From the NCBI GenBank assembly GCA_038087875.1, contig CM075992.1:6202001-6266000 (forward strand): a DNA stretch of 64,000 bases, read 5' to 3'. The position numbers and the translations under genes were made by a program. The notes under the pieces were generated by a model, which was given only the letters and a program-made list of their open reading frames with translations, was not told the DNA's origin and searched no databases. Below, in pieces: positions 37,613 through 50,120 of this stretch (position 1 is the stretch's first letter; every line of letters starts with the position of its first letter). This stretch comes from Malacoraja senta. Taxonomy: Eukaryota.

Positions 37613-39060
37613 ACGTAAGCCACAAACTTGTACGTCTTTGGAGTGTGGGAAGAACCCGGAACAGCCGGAGAATGAGGCTGGCCATCAGATCCCTTTTTCC
37701 TTCACTACATCCATTGCCATCTCTGCCTTCAAGTTTATCCTGCTTTTAAAACATTAAACCTAGTGACCCACGCATCACTCCTCAGAACAATCTGTGTAGG
37801 AGGTAAAAGCGTGTCAGATAGAGAATGAGGAAGTCGAATGAAATGTGACACTGGAGGGAAGGATTATGTGAATAAAGGGGAGAGGAGGGAGGGGAGAAGG
37901 GGGTGATAAAAGAGAAATCTAGGAGACAGGGATGGGAGATTTTTAGTTCAGTTTTGAGATGCAGCGCGGAAACAGGCCCTTCAGCCCGCCGAGTCCACAC
38001 CGCCCAGCGATCCCCGCACACTGACACTATCCTACAGACATTAGGGACAATTTACACTTATACCAAGACGATTAACCTACAAACCTGTAGGTCTTTGGAG
38101 TGTAGGAGGAAACTGTCGATCCCGGAGAAAACCCACGCAGGTCACGGGGAGAAGGTACAAACTCAGTACAGACAAGCGTCCGTGGTCAGGATCGAACCCG
38201 GGTCTCTGGCGCTGTAAGGCAGCAACTCTACCGCTGCGCCACTGTGCCGCCCTAACCAAGACGCGGAGATGAGCGTGCAGAGGAGGGGAATGGAGCAGAC
38301 CAACTGGGTATGTGGAACTGGGTACGTGGAACTGCAGGTGATGGGATCTTGAGTAAAAAACGCAAAGTGCTGGAGGAACTCAGCAGGTCAGGCAGCATCC
38401 GTGGAGGGAATGGACAGACAAAATTTCTAGTTGGGTTCCTTCTTCAGACTGAACCTTATTCAGACTGAAGCAGAGCCCTGACCCGAAACGTTGCCTAACC
38501 TGGTCCTCCAGAGATGCTGCCTGACCCGCTGAGTTACTCCAGCACTTAGGGTGATTGGGGGAGGGGGCGGAAGATGGTGGGAGAAATCTGTGCTCTCTAG
38601 GATGGGGGAGCAGGGAAAGAGAGAGGGGGTTTAGCAGGGGTATTACATGAAATAGGAGAATTCATTATTCATATTGGGTTAGTTGTCAGCTACCCAAGCG
38701 GAATATCAGAGCGAGTGGGAATGTGTCACACCCACTCCACCTTGTGGACATGCTGGGTATGGCAACCTGTTCAGCTGAGATACAGAGACAACTCCCAGTT
38801 TGGCCCACACATGCATAAACACACACATGCGCACATACCAACATGTACACATGCACACACACATGTAAGTACATGCATGTGCACATGCACTCGTACACAT
38901 GCGCACAAGTACACACACACGTAAGCACACACCGACGTGTGCATGCTCACACGCGCAAACATACACTCACACACACATGTAAACACACACCCAGGCACAT
39001 ATGTGCACACACACACACACACACGTGCACCCACATGTAAACAAACACCCACACACACAT

Positions 39061-39910
39061 TAGAGAGATTAGAGATTCCTTTATTTGTCATTCAGACCTT
39101 TTGGTCTGAACGAAATTTCGTTGCCTGCAGTCATACATATAATAATAAATGACAAAACACACAATAAACACAAATTAACATCCACCACAGTGAGTTCACC
39201 AGGCACCTCCTCACTGTGATGGAGGTAAAAGTCTTAAAGTCTCTGTCTCTTCCCGCTTTGTTCTCCCTCTGCGCTGAGGCGATCCAGGCTTCTGATGCTG
39301 TGACCCCGCCGGGTGATGGTAAGCCAGTCCAGCGGCCGAATCCGTGCTCCGCGACGGGCCGGCTCAAACTCCGCGGCCCGGGGTGGTCGAAGCTGCCGAA
39401 GCTGCCGCCCTCCAGTCCAGCAGACGCAGCTGTAGTTGCGGGAGCCCCAGAAAAACAGGTCACCCCCCTGTGACCTGCGCGCTCCCGACGATGTCGTCCA
39501 CTGGGCCCGCGGCCGAGCCTCCGGATTCAGGTCGCCACCAGTGTCCTCGGTCGCCACCGCCGGAACGCCACCGCAGCCCCGAAGTTGGCCAGCCTCGCGC
39601 TGGTAAGTCCTGGCTCTGCCTCCGGAGCCTCGAGGTCGGTCGCTCGCAGTTGGAGTTGGAGGCCGGCAGCTCCGCCATTAGGCCTCAGCGCAGACGGAGG
39701 CAGAGAAGGGGGATACGACAAGAAAAAGTCGCATTCCCCCGAAGGAAGAGACAAAAGTCATGTTTCACCCCCCCACCCCACACATACACAACCCAATAAA
39801 CTAAAATTTAACTGAAACAGGACAAAAGAAAACAACAAAAAAGTAAAAACAGACGGACTGCAGGCGAGCCGCTGCTGTACGACAGCGCCGCCACTTCCGG
39901 AGACATGTGG
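39061..39910 (-). mobile_element. Apparently full-length GC-rich non-autonomous retroposon (~850 bp)
   Basis: Minus strand has a CCGGAAGTGGCGGCG head, a CpG-rich body, a 3' hairpin (TTCAGACC-AAAA-GGTCTGAA), AATAAA and an (AATCTCT)n tail. Possible TSD ACACACACAT (39051-60, 39911-20). Confidence 0.7.
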
Positions 39911-41068
39911 ACACACACATAAACACGCACCCATGTACACATGCGCACACACACATGCACCCACACGTAAACATGCACCCACATACACAAGCACACACAC
40001 ACACACACGTACACCCTCATGTAAACACGCACCCATACACATGTGCACCAACATGTAAACATGCACCCACATACACATGCACACACACACACACACGTAA
40101 ACACACACCCATGTACACACACACACACATGTGCACCAACATGTAAACACGCACCCACATACACACACACACATGTAAACACACACCCATTGTCAAGTCT
40201 TCTAATGTTTTTGTGCAGATTCCCCGCTTGAAAGGGATCTGATTCATCCACCCCGAGATGATCAACTGGATTTCACTCAATGACCAAACCACTTCTTTTC
40301 CATTTTTTTTTCTCCTTTTATTTTGGCAGATTCAGCAATTAATTGACAGTTTCACTTGATTTATTGCTTCAGCCATTACTTTGAAGGCATTTGGATGTTG
40401 TAGGTCTTAAGGTATTTAAGTTTAGTCTTTTAGCAGGTGAAAAACTGGCTGCCAATCGGGTGCTGTAGATAATCAGTCCTGCATGCCTTCGCTGGCGATC
40501 GCGGCAGTTTTTAGGACAGTCTCTTAGATTATACTGTTCAAGTTTTTAGCCGCAAGTCAACTTCCGTCTTTTCCTCGCTTCCGGTGCTGTGTGCCCTTTT
40601 TTAAAGCCCCGGGCGGAACTCAGCCTATCTCCGCTTCTCTGTTCACGGTCGGGCTGACTCTGCTCCCGACCGGGCTTTCTCTGCTTTCTCCCCCCACCGG
40701 GCTGACTGTTCCCAGTTGGGCCGAAGACTCAGCCTCTTGTCGGTGGCTTTTCTGGACCTGTCCGTGGCCTTCACGGTACTAGGCCCCCACCCGACGTCTG
40801 TGGCTGCTGCTTGGGCTTGGCTGTGGGCTGCACAGCCCTGGATACATTCCAGGTAAGCTGACACCCTGCTTGGTGACCCTTACTGCCCCTGCTTGATTTC
40901 CTAGCTCTTCCCTGAGCTATTGCTTCCCGTTCCTACCTGTTTTCTTTTTGGCGCCAATTCAAAACCCATTTGGCTTGGTGCTGTTCCACTTGTTTCCTAA
41001 TACTACTTCTATTTTTAACTTTTGTTTTCGATTCTTCTTGCTGGCCTTGTTCTTATCTTCGTTCTTTT

Positions 41069-41081
41069 ATCCTCGTCGCCA
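41069..41081 (-). promoter_or_regulatory. Primer-binding site complementary to the tRNA-Ser(GCU) 3' end
   Basis: Minus strand TGGCGACGAGGAT is the complement of ATCCTCGTCG-CCA. It lies 2 nt after an ...ACAACA LTR end. Confidence 0.8.
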
Positions 41082-41083
41082 AT

Positions 41084-41251
41084 TGTTGTGTATTCGGATG
41101 CTTTGAACAGTCTTGAATAAAGGCTCGGACACGGGAGGACTCATACAAGCTTCTTTACTGCAGGACGCCACCTTGTCTTTTTTGCTCCTGCGTACTTGCC
41201 CCAGACATCACAAGACACCAATTACTTATCCTAATCATCCCATACCTAACA
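41084..41251 (-). mobile_element. 168-bp Gypsy-like mini-LTR preceded by a polypurine tract (41252-41267)
   Basis: Minus strand reads TTAAAGGGGGGAGGAG|TGTTAGGTAT...AGTAAAG...ATACACAACA|AT-PBS. The termini match 8/10 as inverted repeats. Confidence 0.75.
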
Positions 41252-42489
41252 CTCCTCCCCCCTTTAACTTGGAGCCCGGTAACACCAATTATATTACATA
41301 CATAATACTCCTCCCCCTTTAACTTGGAGGCAGGTAATACCTTTCATTACAGTTTGACTTGACACCCATGTACACATGCACACACACACATGCAAGCATA
41401 CACACAGAGACATGTACACACACATGTGCATGTGCGCACACACACACACTCACTTGTACACACAACCCACACAGAACGAAGAGGGAATGTTCAGAGGTCT
41501 CTATGGCCGTCCAGTTCCTGAGAGGTTTAGAACTTTAAAGAAAGAGACCACATTGTTGATATTTGAATGACAGCAACGTAGGCAGCTGGCTAATATGAAA
41601 CCAAACAGAATTAAAGAAGGAGCAGTTTTAATTGGTGGGGTCGGCAGCAGGGAGAGTTTGCAGCTTTTAATTCCTTGCCGTTAACATCGGGAATGATGTG
41701 TCCTGGACTCACCACAGATGTGCTCCCACACGAGTCTCACCAGTGCCTCTACTCTCTTGGAAAATAGACATAGAATATAGAACAGTACAGCACAAGAACA
41801 GGCCCTTCAGCCCGCAATGTCATGATCATAAGTGCTCGGAGCAGAATTAGGCCATTCGGCCCATCAAGTCTATTCCGCCATTCAATCATGGCTGATCTAT
41901 CTCTCCCTCCTAACCCCATTCTCCTGATTTCTTCCCAAAATCCCTGACACTCATACAAATGAAGAATCTATCTATCTCCGCCTTAAAATATCCATTGACC
42001 TGGCCTCCACAGCCTTCTGTGGCAAAGAATTCCACAGATTCACCACCCTCTGACTTCCTGAAATTCCTCCTCATGTCTGTGGTGAATTTGATGCCAACCC
42101 CATCTGATGGGGTTTGGAGGGAGAGATAAATCAGCCATGATTGAATGGCGGAGTAGACTTGATGGGCCGAATGGTCTAATTCTTCTCCTATCACATATGA
42201 CCTTATGAACCTACACCAGTCTAACCCAATTATACTGCTGTCCTTGACGAGGCAGCTTGAGATACATAGAATCAATAGAAGGGAGGTTAGTTTGTGTGAT
42301 AGGCGCATGGATGTGCAGGGAATGGAGGGATATGGATTATGCTCAGGTAGATAAGAGATGGTTTTGGCATCATGTTCAGCACAAACATTGTGGGCCGAAG
42401 GGCCTGTTCATGAGCTGTACTAAGCCTCATCTGTACCCTCTCACAGCTCTTCACATCCTTCCTGTAATGACGTGACCAGAACACTGGTG

Positions 42490-43105
42490 CATTCATAAAG
42501 CAAGCACATCAGCGCCTCTACTTCCTGAGAAGATTACGGAGAGTCGGTTTGTCAAGGAGGACTCTCTCTAACTTCTACAGGTGCACAGTAGAGAGCATGC
42601 TGACCGGTTGCATGGTGGCTTGGTTCGGCAACTTGAGCGCCCTGGAGCGGAAAAGACTACAAAGAGTAGTAAACACTGCCCAGTCCATCATCGGCTCTGA
42701 CCTCCCTTCCATCGAGGGGATCTATCACAGTCCCTGCCTCAAAAAGGCTGGCAGCATCATCAAGGACCCACACCATCCTGGCCACACACTCATCTCCCTA
42801 CTACCTTCAGGTAGAAGGTACAGGAGCCTGAAGACTGCAACGACCAGGTTCAGGAATAGCTACTTCCCCACAGCCATCAGGCTATTAAACTTGGCTCGGA
42901 CAAAACTCTGAACATTAATAGCCCATTATTTGTTTATTTGCAATTTATCAGTTTATTTATTCATGTGTGTATATACGTATATAATGGTATATGGACACAC
43001 TGATCTGTTCTGTAGTCAATGCCTACTATGTTCTGTTGTGCTGAAGCAAAGCAAGAATTTCAGTCCTATCTGGGACACATGACAATAAACTCACTTGACT
43101 TGACT
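42490..43105 (+). mobile_element. Rex1/Babar LINE 3' end
   Basis: ORF 42549-42911 reads FYRCTVES...WFGN...LLPSGRRYRS...RFRNSYFPTAIRLLN; 3' UTR with AATAAA and (CTTGA)n. Confidence 0.88.
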
Positions 43106-46003
43106 ATACTCTAAATGTGGGCCGAACCGAAGTCCTCTCATGCAGCAAGATGACTTCCTGACTCTTGCACCCAGTGCCCCGACTGATGAAGGCACGAGTC
43201 CCATAAATCTTCTTCACTATCCTATGTCCTTGTGCTGCCACCAATACAGAGCTATGAACTTGAACTCCAACTGCGTTACAGCGCCAGAGACCCGGCTTCG
43301 ATCCTGACTACGGGTGCTGTCTGTATGGAGTTTGCACGTTCGCCCCCGTGACCTGAACGGGTTTCCTCCCACACTCCGAAGACGTACAGGATTGTAGGCT
43401 AATTGGCTTGGTAAAATTCTAAATAGTTCCCCAGTGTGTGTAGGATAGTGTAAATGTGTGGGGATCGCTGGTCAGCGCGGACTCGGTGGGCCGAAGGGCC
43501 TGTTTCCGCGCTGTATCTCTAAACTAAACTAAAATGTGACCTCCTGAGGGGCAACACCTTCTGTAGTTGATCTTTCTGTGCAGAGTAACCTCTTCGCCTG
43601 AGGGATCTCCGAGTTCAGGCGTGTGGTTGGTGATAGATTGACCGAGCGACCACAATCTGACTCTGCGCACCTTTTACTTCCCATTTTCCTCTTTCAGTTG
43701 TACAGACTGCGTAGAGAATCAGTCGTGACAATGTTAGCAGTGTGGGCACGGCTTATCAGATGGAAGGTCGACAAGGACTGAGGTTGGGCAGACAGCAGAC
43801 TGCAATGATTGCGAGCCTGGTCTGTGCCCACAACCTTCACACCCCGAGACCCACCGCTGAACATGTCCCTGCATTTTTCCAGAGGTGGACACCTCCTGTA
43901 CCATCTCACAAAGACAGACAGCTTGGCCAATGTCAAGGAGATTACAAACTCACCAAATTATTCAGACACAAAATTTCCAAACCACTGTGTTACAAATATA
44001 CTATCTAACCACTGTACAATTGTGTCAATAGACAATAGGTTCAGTAATAGGCCATTCGGCCCTTCGAGCCAGCACCGCCATTCAATGTGATCATGGCCGA
44101 TCATCCCCAATCAGTACCCCGTTCCTGCCTTCTCCCCATATCCCCTGACTCCGCTATCTTTAACCCTATCTAGTTCTCTCTTGAAAGTATCCAGAGAACC
44201 AGCCTCCACCGCCCTCTGAGGCAGAGAATTCCACAGACTCACAACTCTCTGTGAGAAAAAATGTCCCTCTCTAACTCCACCCGGGCGCGGGCGTAACCCC
44301 AGTAAAGGGGCAGACAGCCGGCTCGGGCAAAGCCCTCTTCCGCCTGGCGCCGTGACCCGCGGGTGGCCAGTTTAGCCAGGCCCCACTCTTGACTCTTGAG
44401 TCAACCTACAAACCTGCGTGTCTTTGGTGTGTGGGAGGAAACCCACGCAGGTCACGGGGAGAACGTACCAACTCCGTACAGGCAGCACCCGCAGTCGGGA
44501 TGGAACCCGGGTCTCTGGCGCTGCGAGGCAGCAACTCTACCGCTGCGCCACCTATCTGGAACAAAAACAGAACACTGGAAGAACACGTGGTGGGTGTATG
44601 GAACGAGCTGCCAGAGGAGATAGTTGAGGCGGGTACTGTAACAACATTTAAAAGACATGTGGACAGGTACATGGATTGGAAAGGTTTAGAGGATATGGGC
44701 CAAACGCAGGCAGGTGGGACTAGCTTGGATGGAGCATCTTGGTTAGCATGGACGAGTTGGGCCGAAGGGCCTGCTTCTGTGCTTTAGACTTTTATCCAGA
44801 TACAGCGTGGAAACTGGCCCTTCGGCCCACCTCGCCCATGCTAGGCCAGCGACCTCCTACACACTACATACTAACGCTATCCTACACACTAGGGGCAATT
44901 TAACAATTTTACTGAAGGCAATGAACCTACAAACCTGGACGTCTTTGGAATGTGGGAAGAAACCAGAGCACCTGGAGAAAACGCACAGGTCACGGGGAGA
45001 ACATACAAACTCCACACAGACAGCACCCGTAGTCAGGATGGAAGCTGGGTCTCTGGCGCTGTAAGGCAGCAACTCTACCGCTGTGCCTGTTCTCTTTGAT
45101 TCTGACTCTAAATGACGATCAGCTGAACATGCAGCTGTGTGTTTGAATGAGTGCAGGCAGATAGCACAGACACATCCTCTTCTATGTGGAGTGAACTCTG
45201 GGCCGTGATCGACATCAAGATCGATTGCGTATCGAAGACAATCTCGGGTAACGCACCTGTTCCCTGACACGGGCAGTCGACGCAAGTCTCACCCCTTGAG
45301 CACAAGCAGAGACGCATTCTTTTGAGATTACAAGATTCAATTGTGATCTGATGGGGGTGTTTAAGTGATTTGATAAAGTCGATGGGGCTGCCATTCCTTC
45401 TCTCCAGAGATGCTGCCTGTCCCGCTGAGCTTTTTGTATCCATCTTCGGTCCCAACTTCTATACTATCGGTCAAAAGAAGGGTCCTGACACGAAACATCA
45501 CCTGTTCATGTTCTCCAGAGATGCTGTCAGACCCACTGAGTTACACCAGCACTTTATGTCCTTGTCCATTCACTCGGTACCCTGACTAATGGAGGCCACT
45601 GTACCAATAGCCTTCTTTACCACCCTATTGACTGATTGATTGCTTGATACATTATTGTCATGTGTACTTGGTACAGCGAGATTCTTTCTTCTGCATACAA
45701 TAAACAGGTATGCAAAGAGTTGCTACCTAAAGGGCACTGATAAAGTTACAAAAGTATTCAAGAAATTCTTCCTTCTGCCCCACCTCCACCCCCCAGTCCC
45801 TCTTTACTCTTGGATCGCCCCCCCCCCCACCCCCCATGCCGAGTCCCTCTTTGTTCTCAGCCTGCGACGCCACTCTCAGGGAAACGCTATCAATCTTTGA
45901 CTCTATGAGGAACCACTGACCATAATTCACCTCCCCACCGGGTTCACAAAGATAGTGTTCGTGAGCTTCTGAAAGCCTACGAGAATGATCCCAGGAATGA
46001 GTG

Positions 46004-46227
46004 GGGCCCGTCCCACTTGGGCGTCATTTGCGCGTAATTTACGCGACATCATTTACGCGTCATGACGCACGACTCGCGCGTCGTGTCACTCACGTGATGT
46101 GCACATGGTGCGTGGTGACGTAGGCAGTGATGCACGGTCGCGCGCGGTGCCCCAGGATTTTGGGATGTTCAAAATCTTCGCGCGCCATCTGCGTGACGTG
46201 CAAATGACGCCCAAGTGGGGCAGGCCC
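46004..46227. mobile_element. CpG-rich MITE, GGGCC(C/T)GTCCCAC-TIR family, inserted in a CR1 (45980-46650)
   Basis: GGGCCCGTCCCACTTGGGCGTCATTTGC / GCAAATGACGCCCAAGTGGGGCAGGCCC, followed by TTAA. Confidence 0.85.
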
Positions 46228-46661
46228 TTAACATACGATGAGCGTTTGATGGCACTGGGCCTGTACTCGCTGGAGTTTAGAAGGATGAGGGGGGAACCTC
46301 ATTGAAACTTACTGGATAGTGAAAGGCCTGGATAGAGTGGATGTGGGGAGGATGTTTCCACCAGTGCAAGAGTCTTGGACCAGAGGGCAATAATAGGACG
46401 TACCATTAGAAATGTGATGAGGAAAAATGTCTTTAGTCAGAGGGTGGAGAATCTGTGGAATTCATTGCCACAGGCGGCTGTGGAGGCCAAGTCGATGGAT
46501 ATTTTTAAGGTGGAGATTGATAGGTTCTTGATTAGTAAGGGTGTCAAGGGTTATGAGCAGAAGTCAGGAGAATGGGGTTGAGAGGGAAAGATAGATCAGC
46601 CATGATTGATGGCAGAATTGACTTGATGGGCCGAATGGCCTAATTCTACTCTTTGTTCAGT

Positions 46662-47010
46662 TTAAGGGATTGGACAGGCTAGATGCAGGAAAAATGTTCC
46701 CGCTTTTGGGGGAGTCCAGAACCAGGGGTCACTGTTTAAGAATAATGGGTAGGTCATTTAGGACTGAGATGAGGAAAAAGTCTTTCACAGTTGTGAATCT
46801 GTGGAAATTTCTGACACGGAAGGCAGTGGAGGTCATTTCACTGGATATATTCAGGAGAGAGTAAGATTTAGCTCTTAGGGCTAACAAAATCAATGGGGAG
46901 AAAGCCGGAATGGGGTACTGATTTTGGATGATCAGCCATGATCATATTGAATGGCATTGCTGGATCGATGGGCTGAATGGCCTACTCCTCCTGCACCTGT
47001 TTTCTATGTT
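46662..47010 (+). mobile_element. CR1 3' fragment; others at 16202-16425(-), 41825-42075(-), 44028-44262(-), 48485-48735(+), 52865-53180(-), 53387-53620(+), 62005-62485(-), 63843-64000(-)
   Basis: CR1 3' motifs GTGAATCTGTGGAATTC and GATCAGCCATGAT...GAAGGGCCGAATGGCCTACTCCTG. Confidence 0.85.
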
Positions 47011-49264
47011 TAGTTTAGTTTAGAGATAGAGCCAAGAATCAGGCCCTTCGGCTCACTGAGTCCACACTCACCCTATACACTATCCTACACACTAGGAACA
47101 ATTTACAATGATACCAGGCCAATTAATAACCTATAAACCTGTGTGTCCTTGAAGTGTGGGAGGAAACCGGAGCAGCCAGAGAAAACCCACGCGGGTCACG
47201 GGGAGAACGTACAAGCTCCGTACAGACAGCACACGCAGTCGGGATGGAACCGGGGTCTCTGGCGCTGTGAGGCAGCAACTCTACTGCTGCGCCACCGTGC
47301 CCTTATGACTGATGAACTTATGAAGGGTCCTCTGGAGGTCAGGGCTGTGGAAAAGAAGTCGGTTGTGATACTGCCCATGCGATGTTTCCATCCACTGTTT
47401 GGAGCCTCAATGCTGACAGCTGCAGCCAAGGCCCAACGGCAGAGATTTGCAGTCGCTTTGGTGCGAGATGCGTATCTTTTTATAACTAGCTATTTGCACC
47501 CGTGTACCGGAGCAGGAGATGGGAGAGGTTCTTGCTCAGAACTGCTGGATGTGGTCAATGGCAGTTTAACTGGTGGTTATGGGCATCGAGGTTTGTGGTG
47601 AGCATCTGTTAACTTTTCGCTGGATGGAAACAATAAGACGTTCTCTATATTTAGTGTGCCTTATTGAAACCTGTCCCGATGATCAGGGGGGGGGGGGGGT
47701 GGTGGAGGCGGATGGTGTGGTGGGGGTGGGGAAGATTTTGCTCACATTCATCCAGGACTTTATCAAGGGGCTAGCAAACAACATAGGAGCCATCATTGGC
47801 ATCTGGCGTGGTTGTGGTGGTGCAGCGGGTAGAACTGCTGCCTTACAAAGTCAGAGACCCTGGTTCGTTCCTGACTACGGGCGCTTGTCCCCGTGACCTG
47901 CGTGGGATTTCTCCGAGACCTTTGGTTTCCTCCCACGTTCCAAAGAAGAGGTGTAAATCTCTAAGTGTAAAATTGTCCCTAGTGTGCGTAGGGTAGTGTT
48001 AATGTGCGGGGATTGCTGGTCGGTGTGGACTCGGTGGGCCAAAGGCCCTGTTTCGGAACACCCGGAGAAAAGCCACGTGGTCATAGGGAGAAGGAACAAA
48101 CTCCGTACAGACAGCACCCGTAGTCAGGATCGAACCCGGGTCTCTGGTGCTGTGAGGCAGCAACTCTACCGCTGCGCCGCCGTGCCGCACGATGTGTTGC
48201 GCCATCTTGGACGCCATCTTGTACCCTTCAAGTTCAAGTTTTAAAAAAATGTTGGTCATAGTTTAAATGCCTGCTGTCCTGGCGGCGGAGGCCGCAAACA
48301 CGTTGGGGATGTGGGAGGAAACCGGAGCACCAGGAGGAGACCCACACGGAAACTGAGAAAAATGAGTCCACGGTAGTGCAAGAGGTGGTTTATTTTCTGT
48401 TGCCGAGGTCGGATTTGAGTCCCTTCAAGGACCTGATGGTTGTAGGAAGATAGCTGCTCCTGGCCAGGATGGCCCCTGCAACCCCACAGCCTCAGAATAA
48501 AAGGACGTACCATTTAGAAAGGAGATGAGGAGGAATTTCTTTAGCCAGAGGGTGGTGATTCTGTGGAATTCACTGCCACAGACGGCTGTGGTGGCAAAGT
48601 CAATGGATATGTTTAGAGTGGACGTTGAGAGATGACTGCAGAATGGGTTGAGGGGAAAGATAGATCAGCCATGATTGAATGGAGTCGAGTTGATGGGCCA
48701 AATGGCCTAATTCTGATCTATAATTTATGAATTTATGATTAGACACCAAGTGCTGGAGTGATCAGGCAGCATCTCTGGAGAACATGGATAGATGACGTCT
48801 GGTCGGGACTCTTCTTTCGACCCGAAATGTAACCCATCCATGTTCTACAGAGACCCGCTGGGTTACTCCAGCACTTTGTGTGTGCTTTTTTTTGTAACCA
48901 GCATCTGCAGTTCCTTGTGCTAACCTTTTGAGGCTCGATAATCAATCTTCGTTAATCTGCTCTTTGTCAGGACGCGCTGGGTATTTCCCTCTATTTTCTC
49001 ACGTTGACTTTTTTTGTGATTAATGGTGTGCTTTGTTTAAATAAAGGTTTGCACCTGAGCTGGAGCTGGCCTGCTGGTGGCACGGGGCTCCCCCCCTGCC
49101 ACAGTGACTCGCGTTGTGGGGTGAGGCTGCACACCTCGTGTGGGACGGGGTCAGGCCAGGAATGTAACCACGCATTGAACAACACAAGCCACAGTCCTCA
49201 GGGATGCTCTGTAAATGGTTTCAGGTGCAAGATGGTGGAAAGGAAGAAAGTCTCCACCGAAATT

Positions 49265-49359
<95 letters not shown>

Positions 49360-49372
49360 AGGAGAGAGAGAG

Positions 49373-49451
<79 letters not shown>

Positions 49452-49506
49452 AGGGAGAGGAGAGGGAGAGGGAGAGGGAGAGGGAGAGACAGAGAGACAG
49501 AGAGAC

Positions 49507-49537
<31 letters not shown>

Positions 49538-49538
49538 C

Positions 49539-49571
<33 letters not shown>

Positions 49572-49814
49572 CAGAAAGAGAGAGAAAGAAAGAGAGAGAG
49601 AGAGAGAGAGTGTGAAAGAAAGGAACAAGCAGAAAGCAGATTGGACGAATATAGAACCTTCCAATAATAGATTATATATTTTGACATAAGAATGTAACTG
49701 GTTTTCTGGATTCAGACAGTAGTCATTCGTTTAATTTGGCTAGATGAGTTTCATTTAGTTATTTAGTTTAATTTAATATAGTTTAGTTTCATTCCATTTA
49801 GTTTAATTTAGTTG

Positions 49815-50120
49815 ATTAGTTTAGTTTAGTTTAGTTTAGAGATACAGCATGGAAACAGGCCCTTCGGCCCACCGAGTCAGCGCCAACCCGCGATCCCCAC
49901 ACACTAGTTCTATCCTACAACCTAGTGACAATTTACAGAGGGCCAATTAACTTACAAACCTCCACATCCTTGGAAAGTGGGAGGAAACCGGAGCACCCGG
50001 AGGAAACCCATGCAGTCACGGGGAGAACGTACAAACTCCGTACAGACAGCACCCGTAGTCAGGATGGAACCCGGGTCTGGCGCTGTGAGGCAGCAACTCT
50101 ACCGCTGCACCACCCTGCCC
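49815..50120 (-). mobile_element. V-SINE; further copies at 50400-50705(-), 51000-51230(+), 56895-57212(+), 58030-58318(-), 58820-59180(+), 59760-59890(+), 62490-62880(-), 62895-63212(+)
   Basis: Head, core and tail motifs as above. Confidence 0.88.

Larger units (their letters stand above)
40191..41364 (-). mobile_element. LTR-type insertion (solo-LTR-like) with an internal PPT-miniLTR-PBS cassette
   Basis: Termini TGTCAAGTC / GACTTGACA (9-bp perfect inverted); TSD CCCAT at 40186-40190 and 41365-41369. It interrupts a CA-rich repeat. Confidence 0.8.

Noticed and set aside
41069..41081. tRNA-Ser gene fragment
   Set aside because: Only 13 nt, including the non-templated CCA and adjacent to an LTR end; it is a primer-binding site.
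45108..45300. Minus-strand terminal-exon-like ORF (GETCVDCPCQGTG...)
   Set aside because: Weak acceptor and no recognisable homology; insufficient support.
49066..49085. CTCF-like GGCCTGCTGGTGGCAC
   Set aside because: Two mismatches at core positions; expected by chance in 64 kb.
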